Positions 19,438-29,055 of a stretch of DNA of 64,000 bases are shown here, piece after piece. Both the position numbers and the translations under genes were made by a program. Source of the DNA: a virus. A model generated the notes under the pieces. It did not search any database and was not told the origin of the DNA. It saw nothing but the letters and a program-made list of their open reading frames with translations. How positions within the stretch are numbered: position 1 is the stretch's first letter; every line of letters begins with the position of its first letter. The stretch covers positions 32,001-96,000 of the IMG/VR virus record IMGVR_UViG_3300020420_000009; one strand, 5' to 3'.

Positions 19438-19445
19438 TATAAATA
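19438..19445 (+). promoter_or_regulatory. T4-type late promoter TATAAATA
   Basis: Exact consensus upstream of gp18. Confidence 0.75.
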
Positions 19446-19483
19446 AAACAGTAAACAACTTTTTACATTAACAGGAGAAAAGT

Positions 19484-21454
19484 ATGGCATTTCAAGTATC
19501 ACCAGGCGTTCAGGTCAAAGAAATAGACTTGACAAATGTTGTGCCTGCAGTTTCCAGTGTCACTGGAGCATTCGCGGGTGCATTTCGATGGGGCCCTGTT
19601 GATGAAGTAGTATCGGTTTCAGACGCTGTTGGTTTAGTAGACCACTTCTACTCACCTGCTAACACAGACGCAGGTGCAGAAGACTTCTATGCAGCAGAAA
19701 GTTTCTTAAGATATGGTTCATCACTCAAAGTTGTTCGTGTTGCAAGTGCAACAACCTATAATGCAAATTCAGGTTCAGATACCGACGCAAGTATCAAAAA
19801 CCTAGATGCTTACCAATCAGGTTTTGAGAATGGTGGAGCTGCTGCAGTTGTAGGTTCGTGGACTGCAAAATACCCAGGCGCACTAGGTAATTCATTAAAA
19901 GTATCAGTATGTGCAAGTTCAGATGCATACTTCAACGATAATGTGACTACTCTAAGTGCAAACGAAGCTGTGGGTCAGACAGTTATATCAGTCACTTCCG
20001 AAGCAGGATTCCAAATCAGAGACATAGTTAGATTTGGGTCTAATGTTCAAGAATACAGAGTGACTGCTACTGCAACAGGAACTATAACCATCGAAGCTTT
20101 AAACAAACCAGCAGGAACAGGTTTAGTCGCTGCAGCAAGTAGTGGAGACCAAGTTCACAGATATTGGGAGTTTTATCAACAGTTCGAAAAAGCTCCAGGC
20201 ACATCTGCATCAGCATCAGCTGCTTCAGGAAGTGCAGACGAAATTCATGTAGTGGTTGTAGACGAAGACGGAGCAATATCAGGAAAACAACACGAAGTTC
20301 TAGAAACTTACGGATTTGTTTCAAGTGCTTCAGACGCAAAAGATTCACAGGGTGGGTCTAACTACTACAAACAAGTAATTAACAATCAATCCAAATGGAT
20401 ATGGTGGACAGGTCATAGCACCTCAACTCATGCAGCTACAAATAGTGTGACAACACACGCTGCTTCAGGGTCAGTTGCTTTCGGAAGACCTTCTGCACCA
20501 ATTAACACTTCACTTGCAGACGGTGCTGACGGAGGTCAACACACAGCAGGGCAGAAGTATGGTGCATATGTAGACCTATTCGGAGATAGTGAGACACAAG
20601 ATGTTTCATTCTTAATTGTAGGTTCAACTAGAACAGACAATTCAAATGAGGCAGACCACAACACTATTGTTAATCAAATTATACAAGTAGCAGAAAGTCG
20701 AAAAGATTGTATGGTTGTTGCTTCACCTAAGAAAGTATCAGTCGTTAATGTTGCATCAGAATCAGCTCAATCAGTAAATGTGATTGCTGACTTCGCAAGT
20801 GTGACAAGTTCTTCATATGCAGTATTAGACTCAGGTTGGGTCTATCAATATGACAGATATAACGATAAGTATTGTTGGGTGCCAGGCAATGGTCACACAG
20901 CAGGAATTATGGCAAGAAGTGACTTACTAAGAGACCCATGGTTCTCACCAGCAGGATTCTCTAGAGGTCAATACTTGGGTATAAATAAACTTGCATTCAA
21001 CCCATCACAAGCGTCTAGAGACGACTTATACAGTGCAAGAATCAACCCAATCGTCACATTCCCAGGCCAAGGAACAATCCTTTTCGGAGACAAAACTGCA
21101 TTATCAACACCTTCAGCATTCGATAGAATCAATGTAAGAAGGTTGTTCATAGTCTTAGAGAAAGCAATTTCAACAGCTGCAAAAGCACAACTCTTTGAAT
21201 TCAACGATGCATTCACTAGAGCACAGTTTAGAGCTGCAGTAGAACCTTTCTTAAGAGATGTTAAGAACAGAAGGGGTCTAGTAGACTTCTCAGTATTATG
21301 TGATGAGACTAACAACACTGATACTGTAATAGATAGAAACGAATTCGTATGTTCTATCTTTGTGAAACCTGCTAGAAGTATTAACTTTATCACTCTCAAC
21401 TTTGTGGCTGCAAGGTCAGGAGTAGAGTTTGAAGAAATCTACGGAGCAGTTTAA
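19484..21454 (+). CDS. gp18: Tail sheath protein gp18
   Basis: SPGVQVKEIDLT...WGPVDE...PWFSPAG...FDRINVRRLF...KPARSINFI. Confidence 0.97.
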   Translation: MAFQVSPGVQVKEIDLTNVVPAVSSVTGAFAGAFRWGPVDEVVSVSDAVGLVDHFYSPANTDAGAEDFYAAESFLRYGSSLKVVRVASATTYNANSGSDTDASIKNLDAYQSGFENGGAAAVVGSWTAKYPGALGNSLKVSVCASSDAYFNDNVTTLSANEAVGQTVISVTSEAGFQIRDIVRFGSNVQEYRVTATATGTITIEALNKPAGTGLVAAASSGDQVHRYWEFYQQFEKAPGTSASASAASGSADEIHVVVVDEDGAISGKQHEVLETYGFVSSASDAKDSQGGSNYYKQVINNQSKWIWWTGHSTSTHAATNSVTTHAASGSVAFGRPSAPINTSLADGADGGQHTAGQKYGAYVDLFGDSETQDVSFLIVGSTRTDNSNEADHNTIVNQIIQVAESRKDCMVVASPKKVSVVNVASESAQSVNVIADFASVTSSSYAVLDSGWVYQYDRYNDKYCWVPGNGHTAGIMARSDLLRDPWFSPAGFSRGQYLGINKLAFNPSQASRDDLYSARINPIVTFPGQGTILFGDKTALSTPSAFDRINVRRLFIVLEKAISTAAKAQLFEFNDAFTRAQFRAAVEPFLRDVKNRRGLVDFSVLCDETNNTDTVIDRNEFVCSIFVKPARSINFITLNFVAARSGVEFEEIYGAV

Positions 21455-21464
21455 GGAGTAAAGA

Positions 21465-21962
21465 ATGGCAACAATAGATGAATTTAAAGCACAATTAATC
21501 GGTGGAGGCCCAAGACCTAACCGATTTAAAGTTTTCATTCCTCGTAGTGGTAATAGGATTGAATTCCTATGTAAAGCTGCACAGGTTCCAGCTGCTACCC
21601 TAGGTGAGATTTTAGTTCCTTTCAGAGGACACAATCTTAAATTAGCGGGAGACAGAACATTTGAAGATTGGTCAGTGACCATAATCAATGATTCAGAATT
21701 TTCTGCTAGGTCAGCATTAGAAGCTTGGCAACAAGACATTCAAGAGCTTGATTCAGGTGTAGGTATGGCAAGTAATGATTACTTACTATCTAGAGCTTTT
21801 GTGGAACAATTAGGTAAAGATGACTCAGTCCTTGCAAGATATGAATTCTTCAACATGTTCCCTAAAAACATCGCTGCTATCGACTTAAATTACGAAACAG
21901 TAGATGCATTAGAGGAGTTTACAGTTGACTTCACATATTCGCATTGGGAAAGAGTCGTTTAA
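21465..21962 (+). CDS. gp19: Tail tube protein gp19
   Basis: GGGPRPNRF...VPFRG...AGDRTFEDWSVTIIND...EEFTVDF. Confidence 0.95.
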   Translation: MATIDEFKAQLIGGGPRPNRFKVFIPRSGNRIEFLCKAAQVPAATLGEILVPFRGHNLKLAGDRTFEDWSVTIINDSEFSARSALEAWQQDIQELDSGVGMASNDYLLSRAFVEQLGKDDSVLARYEFFNMFPKNIAAIDLNYETVDALEEFTVDFTYSHWERVV

Positions 21963-22007
21963 AACTTTAAGTGAAAAGACTCCTTTTAGGGGAGACTAAA
22001 TAATATT

Positions 22008-23540
22008 ATGGAAATATTTGGGTTTGAAATAACTCGTAAGAAAGACGAGTTAAGAGTCAAGGAGACACAGACTGCAAAGTCATTTGTGCCTCCTGTTGAC
22101 GATGATGGCACTCCCGTCATTCAACAACAAGCTGGGTATATATCTGGCGGAGCATATGGTGCGTATGTTGATATGGAAGGTGGTATCAAGAATGAGGCAG
22201 AACTCATTCGTAGATACCGTGAGATATCATTAGTCCCCGAATGTGACTCTGCGATAGAAGATATCGTAAATGAGTGTATCACTGCTGATGTTTCAGATAA
22301 GATTGTGACACTCGATTTAAGAGATGTAAAACTCTCTGATAGTATCAAAACAAAGATACATAACGAGTTCAATCATATCTTATCCTTAATGAAGTTCAAT
22401 CAGAACTCTCATGAAATATTCAGAAAGTGGTATGTAGATGGAAGAATATACTTCCATAAGGTCGTTGATAGCAAACGACCTAATTTAGGTGTGGTAGATT
22501 TAAGAATCATTGACCCACTTAAGATAAAGAAGGTTAGGAATGTCGAGAAAGGTAAAGACCCTAAGACAGGTATAGAAAGAGTAGAGAAGATTGAAGAGTT
22601 CTATGTCTTTAACGACAAAGGATTTGACAAGTCTAGTGCAACAGACGGTAATGTCGTAAGAATTGCACCTGAGGCCGTCTCATACACTACTAGTGGCCTT
22701 CTAGACTACACAAAGAATGTTGTAGTCGGGTATCTGCATAAGGCATTGAAGACTGCAAACCAGTTATCAATGATGGAAGATGCACTTGTTATCTATAGGA
22801 TTTCAAGGGCTCCTGAAAGAAGAATCTTCTATATTGATGTTGGAAACTTGCCAAAGGCAAAAGCAGAACAATACTTATCAGATGTAATGAACAAGTATAG
22901 AAATAAACTTGTTTACAATGCACAGACAGGTGAAATCAAAGATGATAGAAAACACATGTCTATGCTTGAAGATTTTTGGTTGCCTAGAAGAGAAGGTGGT
23001 CGTGGAACAGAGATTACTACACTTCCAGGCGGACAGAACCTTGCAGATATTGACGATATAGAATACTTCAAGAAGAAACTATATCAGTCATTAAATGTGC
23101 CTGCAACGAGATTAGAAGCAGAAAATGGATTCAATATGGGTCGTGCTTCAGAAATCTCAAGAGACGAACTTAAATTTAATAAGTTCACTCAAAGATTACA
23201 GGCTAAGTTTGCAAGAACATTTATAGATATCCTTAAGACACAATTAGTTCTTAAGAATGTTGTAAATGGGGAGGAGTATGATAAGATAAAAGACTTCTTC
23301 TACTTTGATTTTGCAACTGACAACCATTTTACAGAGTTGAAAGATGCAGAAATTTTAAGAGAGAGGTTAGATACTCTCGGTGCAATAGGTGATTATGTAG
23401 GTAAATACTATTCAAATGAATATGTTAGAAAGTATATCCTACACCAGTCGGAAGACGAAATCAAAGTCATTGACCAACAGATACAAGACGAAGGTGGTGA
23501 CGAAGGTGGAGAAGAAGACGATAGCTTTGGAGGCTTTTAG
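22008..23540 (+). CDS. gp20: Portal protein gp20
   Basis: WYVDGR...EDALVIYRISRAPERRIFYIDVGNLPK...EDFWLPRREGGRGTEITTLPGG. Confidence 0.98.
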   Translation: MEIFGFEITRKKDELRVKETQTAKSFVPPVDDDGTPVIQQQAGYISGGAYGAYVDMEGGIKNEAELIRRYREISLVPECDSAIEDIVNECITADVSDKIVTLDLRDVKLSDSIKTKIHNEFNHILSLMKFNQNSHEIFRKWYVDGRIYFHKVVDSKRPNLGVVDLRIIDPLKIKKVRNVEKGKDPKTGIERVEKIEEFYVFNDKGFDKSSATDGNVVRIAPEAVSYTTSGLLDYTKNVVVGYLHKALKTANQLSMMEDALVIYRISRAPERRIFYIDVGNLPKAKAEQYLSDVMNKYRNKLVYNAQTGEIKDDRKHMSMLEDFWLPRREGGRGTEITTLPGGQNLADIDDIEYFKKKLYQSLNVPATRLEAENGFNMGRASEISRDELKFNKFTQRLQAKFARTFIDILKTQLVLKNVVNGEEYDKIKDFFYFDFATDNHFTELKDAEILRERLDTLGAIGDYVGKYYSNEYVRKYILHQSEDEIKVIDQQIQDEGGDEGGEEDDSFGGF

Positions 23541-23542
23541 AA

Positions 23543-23722
23543 ATGAGTAAGATAGCAGATAAGATAGTAGATAGTATAGAAGCAGGGAAACTTGAACAAG
23601 CAAAGAGTGAAATCTTTGACGGTATCAAGGAGAAAGCTGCAGAAACAGTAGACATGAAAAGAGTCGAACAGTCTGTGAATTGGATGAACAATAATACTAC
23701 TACAGGTGAAGTAGAAAAGTGA
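23543..23722 (+). CDS. Small prohead core protein (gp67 position)
   Basis: 59-aa ORF read manually (MSKIADKIVDSIEAG...), SD GGAGG, between gp20 and gp21. Confidence 0.65.
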   Translation: MSKIADKIVDSIEAGKLEQAKSEIFDGIKEKAAETVDMKRVEQSVNWMNNNTTTGEVEK

Positions 23723-24012
23723 GAACCTTTTCTGAAATATCTCAAGAGTTGCATGAAGCAAAATTCATGATACCCTTGGGACACACAGAACTTAAAAGAG
23801 AAATCTTTTCGGTTGGTGGAGACAATATAAATATTGTATACACACAATGTGAAGAAGGTATAACAGTATTCTTAAACGGACAAGAAATACAAGAAACCTT
23901 CGAGGACGGAGAGTCCTTAAAAGTCGGTATGAATACAGTGAAGAATATGTTAAGAGACATGTCCGAAGAAGGTATATCGATAGAGGAAATAACAAATGAA
24001 ATTAATTTCTGA
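23719..24012 (+). CDS. Probable prohead core protein (gp68 position)
   Basis: GTGA overlap with the upstream stop; N-terminal MRTFSEISQELHEA. Confidence 0.6.
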   Translation: MRTFSEISQELHEAKFMIPLGHTELKREIFSVGGDNINIVYTQCEEGITVFLNGQEIQETFEDGESLKVGMNTVKNMLRDMSEEGISIEEITNEINF

Positions 24013-24649
24013 ATTTAATGACTACGGAGTTCAACCCGTAATAGTCGAAGAAAACGAGAACGGTAAAAAAGATTATTTTATCGAGGGTATCTTTATGCAA
24101 TCAGAGATTAAAAATCGAAATGGTCGTATATACCCAAAAGAAGTTATACAGAACGAAGTAAAAAGATATAATAAAGAGTTCGTTCAAAAAGATAGAGCAT
24201 TCGGAGAGTTAGGACACCCCGAAGGGCCAACAATCAATTTAGACAAAGTATCCCATTTAATTACGAAATTAGAAGAAGATGGAAACAATTTCGTTGGGAG
24301 AGCAAAGATTTTATCAACACCAAACGGTCAAATAGTAAAAAATTTGATAGACGATGGTGCCAAACTAGGTGTATCCTCTAGAGGTCTAGGTTCACTAGAA
24401 TCAAAAGGAAACGCACAGTATGTAAAAGACGATTTTCAACTTGCAACAGCAGGAGATATCGTCGCAGACCCCTCTGCACCTGAGGCTTTCGTAGAAGGCA
24501 TTATGGAAGGAGTAGAGTGGATATATGAAAACGGTAGATTGAAAGCATATGAAATCGACCAAATGCAGAAGGATTTAAAGTCTGCTAGGTTGCATAAACT
24601 TCAAGAAACCAAATTGAATCTATGGAAAAGGTTTGTTGAAAGCCTTTAG
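23996..24649 (+). CDS. gp21: Prohead protease gp21
   Basis: IEGIFMQ...NRNGRIYP...GELGHP...GVSSRGLGS...DIVADPSAP. Confidence 0.96.
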   Translation: MKLISEFNDYGVQPVIVEENENGKKDYFIEGIFMQSEIKNRNGRIYPKEVIQNEVKRYNKEFVQKDRAFGELGHPEGPTINLDKVSHLITKLEEDGNNFVGRAKILSTPNGQIVKNLIDDGAKLGVSSRGLGSLESKGNAQYVKDDFQLATAGDIVADPSAPEAFVEGIMEGVEWIYENGRLKAYEIDQMQKDLKSARLHKLQETKLNLWKRFVESL

Positions 24650-24651
24650 CA

Positions 24652-24659
24652 TATAAATA
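24652..24659 (+). promoter_or_regulatory. T4-type late promoter TATAAATA
   Basis: Exact consensus upstream of gp22. Confidence 0.75.
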
Positions 24660-24687
24660 AAAAAGTAATCATAAACAGGAGAAATTT

Positions 24688-26064
24688 ATGTCAGATTTAG
24701 AAAACCAAGTGGAAAACACCGAAGAAGTGCTTGACGAAGTTAAGCAACCTCATGACGGTGCAGAACAGGGCGATAAATCTGCTGTTAAACAAGGTTCATC
24801 CGATGCCGAGAAAATTGAATCCGGCAAGGCTGAAGTCGTCAAGCCTGAAGAAAATCCTGTTGACAAAGCCGTAGCATCTGTTAAAGCTGCTGAGAAAGCC
24901 CCTTCAAATGAAGGTGACGCTCAGAAGAAAGGTGCAGCACCTGCTGAAAAAGGTGACAAACTCAAAGAAGGAGAAGAGGAGTCTAAAGTAGACGAATCAA
25001 CTGTTTCCAAGATGGAAAATATCAAGGCAGTAGTCGACAAGATGAAAGGTCTCGACAAGGCAAGTATAAAAGAAATGCTTGCATCATTGTCAGAAGAGGA
25101 CGAAGAGGTCGATGAATCCTTGACTAAAGCAGAAGTCGCAAGAAAAGTAGTAGAAAGTTTAAAAGCAATGTCTCAAGAAGATGTCGCTAAATTCGTAGAA
25201 GGATACGGAATGGAAGACGAAGAAGAGGACGAAGATGAAGATGAAGAACATGAAGAGTCCAAAAATGTCAAAGAAGAATCCGTAGACGAAGAAACTTCTG
25301 CTGAACTCGAATCTTCCCTAGTAGAGATAGAAATAGATGACGACCTATCTAAAATCTCAGAAGCACTAGAACTATCAGAAGAGAATTCAGAAAAAGCAAA
25401 AACAATCTTCAAAGCTGCTGTCACAAGCAAAGTTGAAGAGATTAAAGAACAACTGGAATCTCAATATTCAGAAGAATTAAAAACCTCGGTAGAAAAAGTT
25501 AAAGGTGACCTTTCGGAAGCTGTAGACAAGTATCTATCATATGTTGCTGAGGAGTGGTCGAAAGAAAACGAACTCGCAATAGAAAGAGGTTTGAGGTCAG
25601 AAATGACAGAAAACTTTATCGAAGGATTAAAAACATTGTTCGTAGAACATTATGTTGAAGTTCCCGAAGATAAGTATAATGTTGTTGATGAACTCGCAAA
25701 TCGTCTCGAAGAGATGGAATCAAAACTCGACAACGAAGTCAGTAGAAATATGGACATCACAGAAGAGTTAGGTTCAATCAAGAGAGATAATGTTGTGAGA
25801 CAAGCAGGTGAAGACCTAACTGAATCACAACGAGAAAAATTGACATCACTATCTAAAGGGATAGACTTTACAGACGAAGCAGATTTCGAAGAGAAAGTTG
25901 CAGAAATCAAAGAAGCTTATTTCTCTGTAGACGGTGAGTCTATTGCCGAGGAAACCAAGCAAGAAGAAGGAACTGGAGACTTTGCTTCTAACGAAGAAAA
26001 AGTTTTAGACCCTTCAATTGCTAGGTATTCCGAAGCTTTAACTAAACTAAAACCATTAGGTTAA
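24688..26064 (+). CDS. gp22: Prohead core scaffold gp22
   Basis: Very acidic; KAKTIFKAAV...VDKYLSYVAEEW..ENELAIERGL...F.EHY.EVPEDK. Confidence 0.92.
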   Translation: MSDLENQVENTEEVLDEVKQPHDGAEQGDKSAVKQGSSDAEKIESGKAEVVKPEENPVDKAVASVKAAEKAPSNEGDAQKKGAAPAEKGDKLKEGEEESKVDESTVSKMENIKAVVDKMKGLDKASIKEMLASLSEEDEEVDESLTKAEVARKVVESLKAMSQEDVAKFVEGYGMEDEEEDEDEDEEHEESKNVKEESVDEETSAELESSLVEIEIDDDLSKISEALELSEENSEKAKTIFKAAVTSKVEEIKEQLESQYSEELKTSVEKVKGDLSEAVDKYLSYVAEEWSKENELAIERGLRSEMTENFIEGLKTLFVEHYVEVPEDKYNVVDELANRLEEMESKLDNEVSRNMDITEELGSIKRDNVVRQAGEDLTESQREKLTSLSKGIDFTDEADFEEKVAEIKEAYFSVDGESIAEETKQEEGTGDFASNEEKVLDPSIARYSEALTKLKPLG

Positions 26065-26084
26065 TTTAAAGGGGAAACTGTAAA

Positions 26085-27389
26085 ATGTTTTTATCAGAAA
26101 ACTTACAAGAGAAGTGGGAGCCAATTCTAGAACACTCCGATTTACCAAAAATCGAAGACAACTACAAGAAGGCAGTCACAGCAGTAATACTTGAAAACCA
26201 AGAAAAAGCTCTAAACGAAGACAGAGCTGCTCTTGAGGAAGCTGCACCTTTAAACTCTACTGGTAGCTCAATATCTAACTGGGATCCGATTTTAATATCC
26301 CTAGTTCGAAGAGCTATGCCAAATCTCGTTGCTTACGACATTTGCGGTGTTCAACCAATGACAGGCCCTACAGGTCTTATCTTTGCTATGAAAGCAAGAT
26401 ACAATGACTACCCAACAGAAACAAGACTGAACAACTCAGAAGCTTTATTTAATGAAGCTCGTTCAGACTATTCAGGTAGTGCAGACCCAACAGCAGGCCC
26501 AGCAGGTTCCGACCCAATCGGTGACCCGTTTGATACATCTTCACCTTCATACTCAAGCACAACTGGTGCTGGTATGTCTACTGCATCAGCAGAGAGCTTA
26601 GGTGATGGAGCCTCAAACCATTTTGCACAGATGTCTTTCACTATTGAGAAAGCAACTGTCACAGCGAAATCAAGAGCACTCAAAGCAGAGTATACATTAG
26701 AATTAGCACAAGACCTCAAAGCAATCCACGGTCTTGATGCAGAATCAGAACTAGCAAATATTCTTTCATCAGAAATTCTTGCTGAAATCAACAGAGAAGT
26801 TGTAAGAAATGTTAATTTACAAGCTAAAACAGGTGCGTCAGCAACTGCTTCTAGTGGAACATTTAACTTAGATGTTGATGCAAACGGAAGATGGTCTGTA
26901 GAGAAATTCAAAGGTTTATTATTCCAAATTGAAAGAGAATCAAATGTAATTGCAAAAGAAACAAGAAGGGGTAAAGGAAACTTTATTCTTTGTTCTTCTG
27001 ATGTTGCATCTGCACTTTCAATGGCAGGCGTGTTAGATTACACTCCAGCTCTTAACACTAACATCAATGTTGATGACACAGGTAATACATTTGCTGGTGT
27101 CTTAAACGGAAGAGTAAAGGTCTACATTGACCCTTATGCATCTGTTGACTACATGACAGTTGGTTATAGAGGAAGTAATCCTTATGACGCAGGTATGTTC
27201 TATTGCCCATATGTTCCACTACAAATGGTGAGAGCAGTTGGCGAAAACACTTTCCAACCAAAAATCGGTTTCAAAACTAGATATGGTATGGTATCTAATC
27301 CATTCGTAGGTTCAACACCTTCTGACGGTTTAGCAAGTGCTGGAACAAACTTCTACTACAGAAAAATGGCTGTTAGCAATATTCTGTAA
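26085..27389 (+). CDS. gp23: Major capsid protein gp23
   Basis: LISLVRRAMPNL.AYDICGVQPMTGPTGLIFAM...AKSRALKAEYT.ELAQDLKAIHGLDAE...FQPKIGFKTRYG. Confidence 0.99.
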   Translation: MFLSENLQEKWEPILEHSDLPKIEDNYKKAVTAVILENQEKALNEDRAALEEAAPLNSTGSSISNWDPILISLVRRAMPNLVAYDICGVQPMTGPTGLIFAMKARYNDYPTETRLNNSEALFNEARSDYSGSADPTAGPAGSDPIGDPFDTSSPSYSSTTGAGMSTASAESLGDGASNHFAQMSFTIEKATVTAKSRALKAEYTLELAQDLKAIHGLDAESELANILSSEILAEINREVVRNVNLQAKTGASATASSGTFNLDVDANGRWSVEKFKGLLFQIERESNVIAKETRRGKGNFILCSSDVASALSMAGVLDYTPALNTNINVDDTGNTFAGVLNGRVKVYIDPYASVDYMTVGYRGSNPYDAGMFYCPYVPLQMVRAVGENTFQPKIGFKTRYGMVSNPFVGSTPSDGLASAGTNFYYRKMAVSNIL

Positions 27390-27408
27390 TCGAATTCAAT
27401 TTCGAATT

Positions 27409-27437
27409 AAAAACCCTCCGATTGGAGGGTTTTTTTT
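27409..27437 (+). terminator. Rho-independent terminator, probably bidirectional
   Basis: AAAAACCCTCC-gatt-GGAGGGTTTTTTTT between gp23 and the convergent ORFs. Confidence 0.85.
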
Positions 27438-27543
27438 ATCTCAAATTTAACTTTTTGAGGGAGAGAACAATTTCTGTTAATTCGTCAATCTTCTCTTCTA
27501 CTCTTTTGATTTGATATTGAACTTCAAAAATTTCATTTTCCAT
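27436..27543 (-). CDS. Small hypothetical coiled-coil peptide (35 aa)
   Basis: MENEIFEVQYQIKRVEEKIDELTEIVLSLKKLNLR read manually; AGGAG upstream; starts 1 nt after the stop of the 27545 ORF. Confidence 0.55.
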   Translation of the reverse strand: MENEIFEVQYQIKRVEEKIDELTEIVLSLKKLNLR

Positions 27544-27544
27544 A

Positions 27545-27766
27545 TTAACACTCCTTACCATATTCAAGAGTTTCACCTGTCATAGGGTCAAGACCTACAA
27601 ACTCAATTAAGAATCTAGTCTTAAGGTCTTCAACGAATCTCTTTTTGTTTTTTGTAAATTCATACCACCCGTCTTTGGTGATACCTTCTTCGAAGTCAAA
27701 GAACTTTTGAAGTCCTTCTTCGTATTTGTTTTCTGCATAAGCATTTGCAAGTTTGAAATAATTCAT
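27545..27766 (-). CDS. Hypothetical protein, probably early
   Basis: ATG 27766 with AAGGAGG SD; TTGATA-16-TATAAT promoter on the minus strand at 27840-27813. Confidence 0.7.
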   Translation of the reverse strand: MNYFKLANAYAENKYEEGLQKFFDFEEGITKDGWYEFTKNKKRFVEDLKTRFLIEFVGLDPMTGETLEYGKEC

Positions 27767-27931
27767 TTTTACCTCCTTGGTTTTTTGTTTCATTTCTTTT
27801 TTCATCATGTATATTATACCCAATGTGCAAAAAATATCAAATTTTTAAAAATCTATGGCACACAAATGTCACATAAGGGGTAGCAGTAGCAAGGGTTTTA
27901 TCTTAATGCCAAATAATCGGCCTTTTTTGGC

Positions 27932-27939
27932 TATAAATA
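27932..27939 (+). promoter_or_regulatory. T4-type late promoter driving the riboswitch transcript
   Basis: TATAAATA 7 nt before the aptamer 5' end. Confidence 0.7.
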
Positions 27940-27946
27940 TATTATA

Positions 27947-28006
27947 ATCGTTCATTCACTCTAAATGTAGCAGTGAACGGAAGTAGGCATGGGGCCGAAG
28001 GAACGC
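27947..28006 (+). ncRNA. Glutamine riboswitch (glnA-motif type)
   Basis: ATCGTTC/GAACGC P1, TTCACT/AGTGAA P2, CGGAAGTA-GGC/GCC-GAAG E-loop P3; followed by a YRG peptide gene. Confidence 0.85.
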
Positions 28007-28040
28007 ATTTTTGTTCAACATTTAAAAACGGAGAATGGAA

Positions 28041-28163
28041 ATGGCAAAACAAGATAAGGCTGACCTCAAGTTAGTATATCGTGGAACTCCTCACAATGGT
28101 GTTTCAGTTAAGTCCAAACCACTGGCCAAAGGTATATACCGTGGTCAGAAGTGGTCTGCTTAA
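28041..28163 (+). CDS. DUF4278-like 'downstream peptide' (40 aa, two YRG motifs)
   Basis: MAKQDKADLKLVYRGTPHNGVSVKSKPLAKGIYRGQKWSA read manually; GGAG SD. Confidence 0.8.
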   Translation: MAKQDKADLKLVYRGTPHNGVSVKSKPLAKGIYRGQKWSA

Positions 28164-28261
28164 TAACATATATACTATAGTCGAAAGGCAAGGGGGGTCT
28201 GGCATGTCAGATACCCCCGTCTACTATTAACACACACATGCAAAACACACAGGAGAAAAAT

Positions 28262-28477
28262 ATGTCTCAAGGAAAATCAGGGTTCGAAATCAGAGCCGAC
28301 TTACTCAATCAAGCACAAGGTCTATTAGAAGGAAATATCTATAGAACCAATGAGGCGATTGGTATTCATAATGATAACTTTCCAAACGATAAGAAACCAT
28401 TAGGTGACCAGTTTGTGTCTACAGAAGAAGTAATATCTACTGCAAGACAGTTGAACGAGTTTGTAAACGAGAAATAA
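28262..28477 (+). CDS. Conserved phage hypothetical protein
   Basis: KSGFEIRADLL...STEEVISTARQLNEFV; AGGAG SD before ATG 28262. Confidence 0.7.
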   Translation: MSQGKSGFEIRADLLNQAQGLLEGNIYRTNEAIGIHNDNFPNDKKPLGDQFVSTEEVISTARQLNEFVNEK

Positions 28478-28490
28478 CCTAAATAGTTAT

Positions 28491-29027
28491 ATGACAACTA
28501 TTAATAAATCATTATTAAGTAAGAATAATTTCAGACTTCTCATAGATAAAGTTCCAAATGTAGAATTTTTTGTGAAGTCTGTTAATATTCCAGGCCTTCA
28601 GTTTACTGAAACTGTTGCAGCTGCTGGTATTGGTTTAGATGCATTCTTTCCAGGCGATAAGATTTCGTTTGAAGCATTGAGTGTATCGTTTTTAGTTGAC
28701 GAAGATTTACAAAACTTCAAGGAAATATTTGACTGGATGGATTCTATTGTTCCAGTTTCAGACCCGTCTGATTTTAAACACTATGTGTCTGCAAAATCGA
28801 CAACTACAGGTGAATCAAGTGCAATTGATAATGACTTGAATCAGTATTCGGATATAACATTGGTCACAAATACTAATAAAAATATCCCTAATAAATACTT
28901 TAGATTCCATGATGCATTCCCTATATCCTTGAGTGGTATAGAATTGGAATCAGGTGCAGACGGTGAAACCGTCATTGCAACTGTGGAATTTAGATTTACA
29001 TATTACGACATAGAATCCACTTCCTAA
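28491..29027 (+). CDS. gp3: Tail completion / tube terminator gp3
   Basis: PNVEFF..SVNIPG...PGDKISFE.L.VSFLVDEDLQNFKEIFDW...F.DAFPISLSG. Confidence 0.9.
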   Translation: MTTINKSLLSKNNFRLLIDKVPNVEFFVKSVNIPGLQFTETVAAAGIGLDAFFPGDKISFEALSVSFLVDEDLQNFKEIFDWMDSIVPVSDPSDFKHYVSAKSTTTGESSAIDNDLNQYSDITLVTNTNKNIPNKYFRFHDAFPISLSGIELESGADGETVIATVEFRFTYYDIESTS

Positions 29028-29055
29028 AACCACACTTTTGTGATATAATTATATT

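Noticed and set aside
27855-27875. CRP-like site (TGGCA...TCACA), attractive given the cyclase
   Set aside because: Half-sites are 8 nt apart rather than 6 and one is degenerate.
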